In this document: piece after piece, positions 50,601-64,000 of the stretch | How the letters are laid out: every line of letters begins with the position of its first letter | How positions within the stretch are numbered: position 1 is the stretch's first letter | From: Octopus bimaculoides | Taxonomy: Eukaryota | Length of the DNA: 64,000 bases | NCBI RefSeq assembly: GCF_001194135.2 | Contig: NC_068984.1 | Coordinates: 70,999,650 to 71,063,649 of the forward strand | Reading direction: 5' to 3' | Program-made: the position numbers and the translations under genes | The notes under the pieces: model-generated | Databases searched by the model: none | Told to the model about the DNA's origin: nothing | The model's input: only the letters and a program-made list of their open reading frames with translations

Positions 50601-53600
50601 ACCTAAGCGTAGGACACAATTATTGCATTAATTTAGAGCACTCATAATTTGTACCTGTTTATAATATCATACTTTAATTTTCTTTTATATTGCAGCGCTT
50701 ATGGCCTTTCAGAGCTTCCAAGATTAGTGCAATCAAAAGAAAGTAGTTATTCTCAAACCAGAATTTTGTTCCGAAAGCTTGCAACCAAGTAACGTTCCAA
50801 GTCGAAGGACAGATGGCGGTGTTAAAAAGGAGATGGATTTAGTCTACCAACTAAGAACCAAAAATGTCCTTCAGATGAAATTGAACACATTTACTCTACA
50901 GAATTTCATTCAAAAAGTTTCGATCAAGTCACGGTAGCAACAGACTACATTCGACAAGTTGCCGTACCTTGGGATAAAACTGCAATCTCGTAGTAGTGAA
51001 GTAGATTTCTTAACAACATAGTCATGATTTCGTCCATAATTATTATATGCACAATCATATTCAAACAAATACATGCAACTAAAAAGCTCCAGAATCCTCA
51101 TGTCATTAAAACATTTTTCTCAGTCGAGACAAATCGTTATAATAAGTTCTGTTAAATCTTTCTGTCGGTAACAAAATTTCCGGTGGTATTCGCAACTTAA
51201 CTTCTAACTCGTTATCTTCTCTATATTTGTCTTAAGATATGTACTCAGCTGCACGTACATATATATTTCTCAACATGACCTTTAACGACATTACCCTGCC
51301 CCTTTCGGAAACACAATGTTTCTTCTTTTAAAATAAGTTTATTACTAAATGGAAAGGAAATGTTAAATTTTCGTTCTTTTAATTTCTCTTAAGAAAAAAT
51401 GCAAATAAACACTTGCTAAAATATTACTTTATTTACGATAAAAAATGCCAAGTCTCTCTCTTTCCCTCTCCTCTTTTCTCCCCCCCCTCTCTCTCTCTAT
51501 CTATGTGTCTGTCTGTCTATCTACCACTATATTTAGCTCTATCTCTCACCTTGCTATCGTGTTCACACACGGTCAGTTATATGCTACTCTGAATAGAGCA
51601 GGGGTTCAATCAAGCTTAAAGATTTTTGTTGGTCATATCCAGTAAACTATACGAAAAGGATTTTACAGGCATTCTAATTATGAAAATGTTAAATTGCTTA
51701 AGAATACTGTATACACAGACATTGTTTGATTGCCTCAATAATCTCTCTGTTTTTTTGTATATAGTGATGCATACAGAAATAAAAGCAGTTAAAAACCAAT
51801 ATTTATTGTGATCTATTAAATGCTTTCCTTTATTTGAATATTGTTTTACCTTCTTTCACTTAATCCTTTCTTGTATACACACACACACACAAATTAACAG
51901 TCACACACACATGCGTGCATTCCAATGAAATAAAGCATTATTAATTCTGGACATAAAACGACGTGACTTTAAGCTTGCAATAAACAATATTCCCTGTAAA
52001 TCAAAAGTGCAGTTAACAACCACATACTCTCCTATAAAGGCTCGAGAGATTAAATAGAAACTTGGAATGAATGCTTTAGATTGTAAACAAAAACATTTCA
52101 TTTAGATTTATTGAGGCCATTTTGCATAATCAAATTTTCAACATAATTCCTTAATGATTTTAGTTAGTTGGGCTCCACAAAAAGACAAACATTCTTTTAA
52201 ACATGAATTCCACTGATTGCTGGCAGACGTCGCTATAAATTACACTGAGGGTAACAATTTTATTCCACTCCCTTATTGATATACAGTAAATTATTTTCTG
52301 CTGTTTGAACATATAATATCCTTTTTATTAAAAAGTTTTGTTGTTAATGTATTAATTTTGAAGATATGTACATAACTGATTAATACAGATTTGTTCTGTT
52401 TGAAACATTCTACAATAAATATACCCCAAGTGAAAGCTGAAATACGATATTGCTCAATATTCATATATTTCTACAGCGTCACCTCACTAAGGCCTGAACT
52501 AACTTTATTACCACGAGATAAAGTATATATGTAAAAAAAACAGCTTTTTCTCCCTTGCTCAGTTGACCTAAAATACAATTCATCATAATTTCATAAAGCT
52601 TATTATAAATGAGTGTGGTTTTACTCTATTGTAGTGGTGTCTGTTTAAGGTTAAACAACGAAGATTGACAGAAAGGTTACGTTTTATATATTTATATTTG
52701 TCAGCACAGTGCAACATGCTAATCTAATTGTCAATATTAGAGAACCCTGATATACCATTCAGTTCAATTATTGGGAATTTGAGATAGAACAGACATACAA
52801 GGGGAAAAGGAAATTAAGTAGGCGAAATGAAAATTATATAACAAATGTTCTATAATAACAGAGAGTTAAATGACATGACTTCCATAATATATTAAAAAAT
52901 GATAGGATGTTCAGTGAAACCTCTGACATTAAATAGTCGATATATGACAAATAACTCCAAGAAGTAAGTATATATACATATATNNNNNNNNNNNNNNNNN
53001 NNNNNNNNNNNNNNNNNNNNNNNNNNNNNNNNNNNNNNNNNNNNNNNNNNNNNNNNNNNNNNNNNNNNNNNNNNNNNNNNNNNNNNNNNNNATATATATA
53101 TATATATATATGTGCATGTATTTATGTATGTGTGCGCGTGTATATGTGTCTCTGTGTGTGAATATTTACAATGTAAACGACTGTTGTTTGGTGGTTACGA
53201 TGTTGGTCTAACGGTTATGAGGTCATAGTTTCGAATCGTGGCCAAGGCGGTGCTATATATCTTTAAACAAGTTTTATTTGACGTCGCTTTTGTGTCCTGA
53301 TCTGCAAATAAATACCTGCGTACTGCTGGTACAGCTATCTGTTTCTGTAATGCCAGATCCACTGCGTTCAGCTGTGTCAAGAAATGGAGGCTTGACAGAG
53401 TGCATATGACTACACATGACTACATAGTCACCTAAATCATTTAAGACAAAAAAAGACAGTGCATCTGTGAGGTCATATTCACTTGCGAATGACGGTAAAG
53501 AAATGGCCTTATTATATACATAGAAGTCGTTATTTCTGGGCCAAAAATTCTCGCTGAGTAAAGATCGTTATGGCCGAATAACCAGACATCGGTGTGAAAA

Positions 53601-56600
53601 ATAACACCGAAATGATAAAAGGCACACACGCATATGTATACTCATAATCTCCATCTGTGTATAGACACAAAACGCACTATCATATGCACACTTACATACA
53701 TACATCTCAGTATATCAAAACCGATCATGCACGGGTACGTTTACCGAAACTTTCAGGAAGATAGTAATATCGGCAAGAAGCGAAACCTCTCTTGAACTCA
53801 TGACCGCTACATCACATCACAGTTCAAAAGCTATGGAGATTAATATAAAATACTTATAAACAGGCGATTACTATAAAATACCTAATTAACAAAAGAGGCA
53901 GTGAAATCCTTGGAGTTTCAAGATGCAACCGAATACGTAGATTATATTATATTTTTGTGGAAGATATCACACAAGTGATGAGCAGCTCCCCAAATATGTC
54001 AAGTTGCGACCTCACTATGTGACACGATGTTGTCTAAAATCATTATACAATGTCATTCTGAAGAAAACAATTGCCCTGGAATGAATAAATATAGAATAGA
54101 TGGAATATCGTGAAATAGATACATAAACATCAACACAAAGGAATGCTAGCGAAACATTTAGCCGTGAAACATTTCACTATGAAGACATCTGTCACGTGTA
54201 AACATAACGGGATGGATAATGTCGCTGAGAAAAAAAAAAACAGAAAAAAACATGTACCGTCGTAGATGTCTGTTGGCCTTCTCAATGGAATAACACTTAG
54301 GAAACCAAAGCAAAGGACGATAACTGTGGACAACTGCTTCGAAACCCATAGCTTCTGTATCCTGATTATAAATCAATATATATATATATATATATANNNN
54401 NNNNNNNNNNNNNNNNNNNNNNNNNNNNNNNNNNNNNNNNNAGAGAGAGAGAGAGAGAGAGAGAGAAAAGTGTACGTGGCATACGATTGGGTATATATTT
54501 ATAAAAAAGAAGTTTGAAAACGTCACTATATAAAATAAATTTTAATTTATAATTTTCTCAGAGATATTTAACATGTTTCGGTTCTTGAAAAAGCGAACCT
54601 TATCAAAAATACATATTTAAAAAAAAAATGTAATTAAAAGAAAAGCGTATGGGTCCCATACAAAAAACGCTCGCACGTGGATTATGTTGACACCAGTAAG
54701 AAACTGGAAATTGTATTCTTTTCCTCGAAGTTTCGTTCTTTCGTATGTATTAAATAAAACAACGAAACATTTTTCACAACTACAATCGCAGTCAGCCAAT
54801 AAGTACATTGAATTAATATGTCCGACAGCTGACCTTATTCTCAGGTTTATAATTTATCGTGGAACAGAACTACGCATATTGAATATTATTATATTATATC
54901 ATATATGCTTATTATAAACAAGAAGGAAACTAACATTTGGCAAATAAATATGAAATGCCTAAACATATTTTCATAATTGTGAATTCCAATCATATGATTA
55001 CAAAAACCATAATATATATTGAGAAATTTTATACCTTTCAGATATTTCATCTATGAATATATATACATGGAAATTTATACACACACTGGTATATTCATAA
55101 AAAAAATATTACATATACGTTTGTGAATGTGTACTTGTGTGTGAGTGTGTCTGTGCATGCACTTGTGTGCTTGTTTATGCATGAATGTATATAAGTACAT
55201 CTCCTAAACATAGATAATGGCATTCACATTTCGCCAAAATTGGCTTTTACAAGCGGTTTCGGCAAAAGATCGAATTCTCTGTAGACATTTGAAAAGTAAA
55301 TATTTGACTCTACCCAATGTACTGAGTTCTTTGTTTAGGTAATAAATACATATCTTTAAAGAAATACGTGTTTAGACAATATTTACAACAGCCGCCAAAC
55401 TCATCCGCAACACCTCTTACCAACATCCTTCTTCCCAACACCCTTTCCCTGCCCCCACTCATGATCACATTCTGCTGCAAGTATTTCCACTTTCACTCAT
55501 GTATCTACCTGCACACAATCACTCTCAATGCTGCGCTCTCACATATCTACCACAGCTCAATCACTTAAATAATCCTATGTATTTCACGATCACCTGGTAA
55601 TCATCACTTGGACATTTCTGACCATCTCCCCTCACAGTCTTATGAAGCATACCCCTCTCTTTTCTCTACCCCTTCACTGTGTCCAGTCCTCTGTATCACT
55701 TATGTTCACCCCCACTATACCCCGATGGTATGTCCAGACATCACCACCATCTATATTTACTACGTTCAAAAGAATTAAAATATATACAGGTTTTAGTGAA
55801 CAAATATTAAGATATTCTTTGAAAAATAAAAGAAACAGCACTATTTAGCTATTAAAGGGGACTAACAACAAGAAAGCCATCAAATTATGAGTATGTCCCT
55901 TGCTACGTCTGTGACATCACAACGCAGAAAATCAGTAAAATCACTCATACCATTTCCGCGGATAATACTTCCTTCAGCTGCGTGTTTTCTTCAAAAGACT
56001 TTATATATCTATAAAGAATTTAGTTTAATTCTTACCCTTCGTCTAAAGAATATTGTCGATCCACAATCGATATTAATGATCCCGAGGAGGGGAGATGTCA
56101 TCGTCTGTGGATGTTTTTTTAATGCGAATATAATAATTTGTATGATGATACATACATTTATATATACATATATTCACATATTCAAAAAATGGACCAAACA
56201 TTATCGGTAACAAACCTCTGGTTAAAATCAAGGGTGGTGCGCCTTCCTGGCTTACTGGCTTAGGGAATCTATCATTCTACTTTCTGTTGCAGTACATACC
56301 CGCAAAGATCTCGTTGGCAACAGCAAGCGTAGTGTACTTCAAGAATATTTTTTTATTGCTTATTGCTTAGTCGGCTAGTATTCTGGCTTGCTATTGCTTT
56401 ATGCTAAAATAAAATAGCTAAACTTACAAGAATCTCATAAAAAGTAATAAAAAAATACTGAAAAGAATCAGAGAATATATTAAAATACATTTGTTAAATA
56501 TCATATCCTACAGAATTGGAAAGAATGAAAAAAAATAAATAAAAGAGGGGAAACAAATGTCAATCACCACTTGAATATAATCTCACCTGATACGTCTTCT

Positions 56601-57139
56601 GGAATATGAGCTGTTGAGAATGTCTAGAAGACAGAAGAGTGTCAATAATAAAACGGAATCTGACAGGCTTTCGGACAATTTGTCTGAGACTGTATCAAAT
56701 TAGCCTCTCATACCATCGAGTTTATTTTCTCTACTTTGTTTTGGTTTTTACATATATATTCGGTAAAAATTAATTGATCTAAAGATGATTGCCTTAGATT
56801 TTCGATCAATCTTTATAGGTAAGAATAACGCAGCTGATGTAGCAATTAAACGTTATGGGAAGTTGATGATTGTATCATATAAACGGGCATTTGGGGCGGA
56901 AGAGGTTTCAATTGAAGATTAAGAGGTTATATGAGAAGAGGGCCGAAAAAATAAGTGCAGTGAGTTCACTTACTGGACGATAGTTTGCAGCTTGATTGTT
57001 CAGAGAAAAAAACGTCATTGCCGATGCTATAGAGAAGACAGAGAAATATATTCTATATAGCAACTTTATAAGAGCATATAATATATATGTGTGTGTGTGT
57101 GTGTATGTTTACACACACTCACTCAAACGCACATATGAC

Positions 57140-57300
57140 ATTCAGCTGTGTGGTAAGAAGCTTTCTTCCTAACCACATAGTCCCGGGTTCAGTCCCACTG
57201 CGTGATACCTTGTGTAACTGACTTCTACTATAGCTCCGACTAGTCAGAGCATTCTTCTAAGTACATTTGGCAGACGAAAGTTGAAAGAAGCTCGTCGTAT
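57140..57300 (+). mobile_element. SINE family A, 5' half
   Basis: GCTGTGTGGTAAGAAGCTT...CCGGGTTCAGTCCCACTGCGTG...GAAAGAAGCTCGTCGTATA. Confidence 0.8.
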
Positions 57301-57310
57301 ATAGGTATAT

Positions 57311-57893
57311 ATAATGTAGGTGGCCCATTAACAATTAAAACATGCAAGCAAATTTATAAACAATGGTACAAAATAGTACAATCATTGATAGAAACGAGAG
57401 TGAAAAGCCACTCAAATAACCACAAAAAAAAAACACATATCTTAGTAAGGTGAAGAAAGAGAAGGAGTGAAAAAGTTACATACTGTAGTGAGACAAGCTC
57501 ACAAGTGAAGCAGGTATAACCATAACACGGGATTTCGAACTCAGATGCTTTGCATCTCAGTTCTCGGTAGTGGATCTTACTGCGCCTAGGGTTAGGCATA
57601 ACTCGCTGCCTCATCTCAAAGAAAAATCGTGGGAAGCATGCACCATTTCAAAACGGTAGATGTGTACTCCATAAATAATGTGGGTGGCTCATTAGCAATT
57701 AAAACCTACAGACAAATTTATAAACAAGGGTACAAAATAGTACCAGTATTGCTGGAAAGAAGAGTAAAAAAATGACTAAATTAGCCAGAAAAAGCACTTA
57801 TCTCAATAAGTTGACGAGAGGGAGCGACAAAGCTACGTACCGCAGTGAGACAAGGCCACAAATGAAGCAGATATATCCATTTCAGTTCTCGGT
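57311..57893 (+). repeat. Diverged direct duplication (364-bp offset) inside the SINE
   Basis: ATAATGT(A/G)GGTGGC.CATTA.CAATTAAAAC at 57311 and 57675. The copies are colinear through GTGAGACAAG..CACAA.TGAAGCAG and end in CAGTTCTCGGT (57568, 57893). Confidence 0.85.
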
Positions 57894-57984
57894 CAGCTTT
57901 TTAATGTAAGTGCTTGTTGTGGCTAATGGAGTCGTTTTTTGGTTCTTGTTTCTATCAATGCTGGTACTATTTTGNNNNNNNNNN

Positions 57985-58165
57985 TATATATAAAATATGT
58001 GCGTGTGTCTTTGCGTCGATGTTTTTACTCCGCTATCCCTTGACAACCGACGTTAGTTTGTTTACGTCCCCCGTAATTTAGCGGTTCGGCAAAAAAAGAA
58101 TGAGATAGAATAAGTACTAGGCTCACAAAGAATAAGTCCTGGGGCCAATTTCTCCGACTTAAACC
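57985..58165 (+). mobile_element. SINE family A, 3' half
   Basis: CTTGACAACCGA...TTTACGTCCCCGTAATTTAGCGGTTCGGCAAAA...GATAGAATAAGTACTAGGCT..AAAGAATAAGTCCTGGGG. Confidence 0.85.
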
Positions 58166-59194
58166 CTTACATATTTATTACGCTTTTACAAGATAAGTAG
58201 TGACAATGACTTCGGCGATTTGTCCTGTTAGCCTTGATCGGATTAATGAAACCAGAGATCTATAATAACCCAATGTAAATTGATCCACTTTTATTCATGT
58301 ACTTATTTGATTTGGCCATTCAAGACAGCGAAATAATTTTTGCATACGTTTGTACATTCCATATTATTCTAGAAATACTCTATATAAACAATGCAATAAC
58401 CATGAAACGCACACATAATGTATGAATGTATTTGAAAAATTATTTCCCCACGAGTTTGCAGATATTTAAATTCCATACATTGTAAAGATTAATGCTTTTA
58501 CAGATGAAATTATGTTTATGATCCGCACCAATTAATAAAACATTAAACACGTACAAAGAAATACTCTTTATTTGAAATATCAGAACTACACTCTAAAAGA
58601 CATCTTAAATTTAATTCTTATATCTTTCCATCTTCTGAAATCATAGTTACAATAAGCTTATTGTATTGTTATTATTAATGCAATTAAAGTAAACTGTAAG
58701 TGTTGTAATATTTAGCTAATTCCATCTACAACTGTAATGTCAGAAATCTCTCCGACTACAATAGTACTGTCCAATACTCAAATCAGTTACAACTTTTGCA
58801 TGTGGATAAATTTAGAAAGGTTTAAATCACTGTGTTTCTGTCTAACCCGAAAGCAATACCATCCGTAGGATTTATATCGACTTCATGGAGGATTCTTTTG
58901 AAATATTCTTTTATCAACGTGCGCTAAATTGCAGAACCTTAAAGGAAATTTGATGTAAACCACTCCAAATATGAATAGTTCTTCAACAAAAGAAGATTTG
59001 TAGAATTGAATATCCAGTGGTCAATCATCAGCCATTTTGCCTTTTAAAATAGTTTCGTACGAAACTGCACAGAAACATGTGGTATTCCATATTGTGCATA
59101 CAGAGTTGTAATTTAAAATTATGGGCCATCAAATGCTTGACAAAAAGCGATTGCACCGTATTGACTGCTTTATTTTATCTTTCATAATTTACAT

Positions 59195-59550
59195 GTTTTA
59201 ATCATTAGGCTGTGGCCATGTTGGAATACCGCTTTGTAGAATTTTAACCGAACGAAACGACCTCAGTACATTTTTTAAAAGTCTGGTACTTATTCTATCA
59301 GTCTCTTTTAGCCGTATCATTGGTTTACAAGGACGTTAACATGTGAACACCGGTTGCCAGTCGGTATTGGGCAATACAAATAGATACAAAGGCACACACA
59401 CATAACTCACATATAGATATTCTGTCTATCAAATCTACTCATAAGAACTGAGGCTATAGTAGTAGACACTTTCCCATAACGTATCGCATGGGATTCAAAC
59501 CGGAATCATGTGGAGGCGAGGCAAACGTCTTACCACACAACCAAGTCTGT
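59195..59550 (-). mobile_element. Degraded full-length SINE family A
   Basis: Reverse-complement tail (GCTGTGGCCATGTTGGAATACCGC), body (GGTACTTATTCTATCAGTCTC) and head (AAACCGGAATCATGTGG...CTTACCACACAACCA). Confidence 0.75.
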
Positions 59551-59728
59551 GTGATAAGAAGTAATATTTCAATAACTGATTTTGAAGACAATTAGTTCTA
59601 GTTATTTGAGGTTGCATAGGTATGAATGTTCACTTTTGAAATTATCAACATACATATGTACATAAATGTACACGCGTTCACACAGACATAGACACAGACA
59701 TACATACACATACACACGCACACACACG

Positions 59729-59780
<52 letters not shown>

Positions 59781-60067
59781 TTAATGCTTATGACACTACA
59801 TCACAGGATACCCATTTTCAACACGTTAATTACGAACTGTCTCCTCATTTTTCAGATAAGCGATGCATCATAAGACAATAATATCGCTCCATTTTATCAT
59901 GTCAAAGGAACAGCTAAACGCTAATATAATAATTTCTTTTTATTCTTTTCTACTCAATATATTCCAAGTTTTATGACCTGTGTTTCATAATCGCCATAAG
60001 ATTTCAAAGAGATTATTCGTGTAATAATTTGCGATATTTAATATATTACACACATACATATACACAC

Positions 60068-60140
<73 letters not shown>

Positions 60141-60710
60141 ATATATATATATAAAATCGAACTCACACAAGGTATGCGTGTTGTTAGTTCGTGGATCGGC
60201 TACAGGTTTTAGGCGTAAGAGAATGTATTCCCTATGCGCCTGGGGTAAAATGAAACACCTGAAAGTAAGTTATAGTTAAACAAGACAACTCACATAGGTC
60301 CCTTCTCGGAGCCACTGTCATTGATGTTTAGTCATTGTTGTGACTTATCAATGCCACCTACCGAACATGGGCCGCTGTAAGCCATATCACCGACTATGAC
60401 AGAGTACCCTCCATCAACAGATTCTTAGCAGCAATAATGTTCTTACCCGAGTGATCTGCTAATATAAATTTAGACTGCTTGTATTTGTAACTTAACAGAA
60501 AAGCAGAAAACCACATTTTAATATATATATATATATAAGGTTAAGGAGGGTATTGGATTTAACCAAACCCAAGAGGATACAGGTAATACCGAGTAAGTGC
60601 TGTATACCGACTAGTTTGCCCCAGTCGTTGCATGAACAGGATTGAGTATTATAAGTCGTGTATTAGCGTGTGTATATGTAAATATGTAAAAAACAAAATG
60701 ATAAAGAGAG

Positions 60711-60887
60711 CAAAGGTAAGGTTGGAGAAGTATTTTATGGATAGAGTCATACAGCTGTTTCTGGGAAGATCCAGTACTTCCCTTCATCGGAGACACAAAA
60801 AATAAAGTAATCTATTATTATATCCATAGGCGGATATCCGCCTATGTAAGACTCTATCCATAAAATACTTCTCCAACCTTACCTTTG
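60711..60887. repeat. 42-bp inverted repeat enclosing a perfect 22-bp palindrome, at a contig end
   Basis: 60711-60752 and 60846-60887 are reverse complements with 1 mismatch. CATAGGCGGATATCCGCCTATG (60825-60846) is self-complementary. The N-gap starts at 60890. Confidence 0.9.
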
Positions 60888-61259
60888 GTNNNNNNNNNNN
60901 NNNNNNNNNNNNNNNNNNNNNNNNNNNNNNNNNNNNNNNNNNNNNNNNNNNNNNNNNNNNNNNNNNNNNNNNNNNNNNNNNNNNNNNNNNNNNNNNNNNN
61001 NNNNNNNNNNNNNNNNNNNNNNNNNNNNNNNNNNNNNNNNNNNNNNNNTATATATATATATATATATGTAAAAAAAAATATATATACATTTGTTTTCGTT
61101 CTCTCTCAGATGAAATCCCATCAAGGTCATCTTTGCATTGCATGCTATCGGGACCAGTAAAATAAAGTACTAATAGTCATGTACTGAGAGTGTGACCTTT
61201 TACTAGAATTTAAAAGAATTGTTTTTTTCATTTTTTTAATTATTAACATAGCCATTACT

Positions 61260-61420
61260 AAGGCGGCAACTTGGCAGAATCGTTGTTATGCCGGGCACAA
61301 TCCTTAGCGGTATTTCTTGTATCATTTTCGTTCCTGAGTTCAAATTCTGCCTTGGTTGTCTTTGCAATTTATACTTTCGAGCTTGTCAAAATAAGTGCCA
61401 TCAGCGCAGGATTGTAGTAA
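61260..61420 (+). mobile_element. SINE family C, degraded
   Basis: AGGCGGCAACTTGGCAGAATCGTT...CCTGAGTTCAAATTCTGCC. Confidence 0.75.
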
Positions 61421-61479
61421 CTTAAAAATATATTTGTTCTCATGTGTTTTGTAGGCTGAAATTTCAGTTGAGTTAGAAT

Positions 61480-63560
61480 ATTTTCTGAGAATCTGTACTG
61501 GAAGATCCTCTTTAAAGATGCAGTCTTTTGTAGAATAGTATGGCAAATTCATTTGAAGCAGTATTATTGTGTCTGACGTCATGCCTATGCCCATTAAAAC
61601 GGGTGCTTAATTTTTTTATGCTATGCAAGTCACATAAATCATATTTGGTGCTTTCAGTTGCATACATTAAATGAGAGTCATTAGAGCTCTCATATGCCAT
61701 ATAAACAGTAAAATTTCTTTTATAATTTGCAATGGAGTTGACCTTCATTCTGCTGTACTACAATGAACAGAGGGTATTTGTCTTGCAACAGTCATTAGGG
61801 CAAAAGTTAAAAAAAAAACAAAAAAAAACACAGTGATGTTTTGATTACGATCAGAAGTGCTAGTTTATATTTGTCTTATATTTTTGTTGCGCCAAAAGGC
61901 AACAATAAATGGATTAGGAAATAATACTTTGAAACGTTATTTTTATGAAATATGTGGATGAAAGTCATGCAACACTTTTGAAATGCCAGTCAAATTTTGA
62001 TTTCAGCTAATAACAAAATAAATTCCGTCATTATATTTCTTGTGACTGATATAATTTAGCTTGAAAGTTTGACACTCGTTGATTTTAGCAGTGTCATTTG
62101 CAAATTCCTTCAATTGTCGTTCACTATAAACGCGTTTGACGCACAAAATCCTTTTCTTGTTTCTAGTAATCAACATGTCAGCACAAACCCGTTTTATTCT
62201 AAAAAGATTAGGATTTGGATTTGACTTAATTATATGATATGGATTATCAAGTGTAAAGAGGTGTGGAATGACGCAATGCTACAAAATGGTTCTGTTACTA
62301 AGCGGTCTTCGGAAAGTCTAGCTTTCATTTAGTTTTCAGAAGTGGACGCTAGGATCTGAAAAACTAGATGAGAATTCTATTTAAGACTTAAAACTTATAG
62401 CCTTGAATGATCTGTAACTGAAATGAAAAATTTCAACTTCTCTTCCTTCCCAGACATAAAAAATGTCATCATTGATCTGTAACCATAACATTGGATTTGT
62501 TACCGTGTAAATATATAAATGTCTTCAATAATTGTAGTCTAAATATTTGACTCGGAGACATAAGGCAAATGTGGGTGCCAATCCCTTCATCTGGAGGTAA
62601 AACCGTTGTCCAATTTTCATTACGTTGCTTAGTAATATGCACTACAATAAATTGCCAAGGAAAATACTTAAAGTACTTTTGTTTAATTGTTTTGAAAAAT
62701 TATCTATACACGCTTCCATCCACTCATCGTAGTCAATCTCGAGGTTAATCGAAGAAGTATCCATGAATACGAAAAAACGAAATAAGTTTCCGGATCCATT
62801 TCTGATTAGATTAATTGTTGGAATTGGAAATATATCAAAAGAATCCCGAATATTTAAAGCTCGAATTTATTTTTGCTGCAAGAACTAGGATGTCGTCCAG
62901 TCGTCCAAATAATTTACTTCTGCAGAATGTAATAGTGGTAAGTTTCCAAACATTTCTAGAAGGTCATACAATACGGCAAGTTTTGCTCTGACTGCCAAAT
63001 TTTATACTCACTAATATTTCTAAAGTTATTCACCTCCATTTCCAAAATTATTTTGCCAAGTTCTTTTCTGTTGTCGTGGTTTGGATCAACATGTAATTCT
63101 TTAGAAGTTAAAATATACACATCCTTGTCCACTATTAAGATAGCACACAGATTATTTGCTATTTTGATAACAACAGAAGCATTGTTAGATTGATGGCGAA
63201 ATGTGTTACACAGGGAATTTGTGATGTTATTCTAAGACTTGTTTCGTACTTTCCCTATTACCTATTTGACAACATTGACAAATTCTAGGAGCAACTGTTA
63301 ACATTCTCCTGGATTTTATTCGCGTCCCAATTAAAATTGTTTGTGATCTAATATGTGAGATTCGTTTATTATCCTCATTTTCAATGAAAATGAGATCTTC
63401 AACCTCCATATTACAATTTTTGTTTTTCATAAAATGTTTCATAAGCTTGTGACAAATTGAAGCAAACCTTGAGTTAGTTTATTTTAGTCAATATTCTTAG
63501 CGTTAGGCGACAAGCAGAATCTATACTCTAAGACGGTTATTGCCTGCTAATAGGTTTAAC
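61480..63560 (-). mobile_element. Large decayed Penelope-like element with RT and GIY-YIG
   Basis: Colinear PLE motifs across frameshifts: VVIKIANN..AILIVDKDVYI (IKPADKG..V.MDK.DY), FMDTSSINLEIDYDEWMEAC (MDV.SLYTNI.H.EG..AC), QINDDIFYVW (RYIDDIF.IW), NPYHIIKSNP...FRIKRVCAD (HP.H.KKSIP...LRIKRICS), then SHLMYATE...KLSTRFNGHRHDVR (GIY-YIG). Confidence 0.78.
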
Positions 63561-64000
63561 TTAAATAAATTTATCTAAGTTAAGCCTATTAGCAGATCGA
63601 CTATTTTCTAGTGTGACCGATGTTCGGGGCGAGCATCTTTTGTGATATTACATTAATTATATTTCTGAGAGCCTTTTGATTTTTACTGATATTCTTCAGT
63701 TAAAATACGGAACCACTAAGGGATAAAACTGTCCGGTGAATTTTCATATGAGAAGTTATAGCAACTAGTAGCCGTTTGTTATGTAATAGTAGCCCGTTTT
63801 GGGGTAAGTGATAAAACATAAGTGACATATTGGACACAAATATGCTGTTTTAAAGCAAAATTTGAAATGTGTTCGCATTTTGGTTCACTCAAATAAACAC
63901 TTTTCTCTAAAGCTTCTGACTGGTTCAAGCGCGTGTGTAAGGAACCACAAAATTGCAACTGCGTGGTCCAGCTTTAGGATTATTTATTTGAACTTTTTGA

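Noticed and set aside
55380-55760. C-rich block resembling a PLE Cys linker on the plus strand
   Set aside because: Only a weak PFPC...CC similarity; not enough motifs to call.
60167-60460. Two adjacent minus-strand exon-like blocks with GTGAGT donors (60167-60258 and from 60294)
   Set aside because: The implied intron is only 35 nt and the upstream block has stops in all three frames. It could still be a non-coding exon, but that is unsupported.

Overview
This is AT-rich, microsatellite-dense eukaryotic DNA from a draft short-read assembly, with 15 N-gaps, nearly all flanked by (TA)n/(CA)n tracts or other tandem repeats. The SINE families and repeat load point to an octopus or other coleoid cephalopod genome; that is inferred from recalled repeat families, not from a database search. 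I found no protein-coding host gene I can name, and no rRNA, true tRNA or CRISPR array. Most supplied ORFs are artefacts of microsatellites and N-runs. The window is mostly layered, decayed mobile elements: about 5 tRNA-derived SINE families; at least 5 Penelope-like (PLE) remnants with RT and/or GIY-YIG motifs; a 4.3-kb same-strand cluster of R4/Dong-like RLE-type LINE fragments joined at trinucleotide microsatellites; CR1-like, RTE-like and I/Jockey-like LINE fragments; mariner derivatives; a 242-bp foldback; and several minisatellites and local duplications. Three observations stand out. (1) A head-to-head PLE terminal-repeat insertion at 2468-2672 carries a degenerate minimal hammerhead ribozyme, and its second arm starts at the predicted self-cleavage site. 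(2) A LINE 5' end at 28465-28627 is built from tandem copies of the sequence encoding the RT YMDD active site. (3) A CR1-like LINE and the commonest SINE share a 3' tail. A few spliceable exon candidates are listed at low confidence. Boundaries of decayed elements are approximate.
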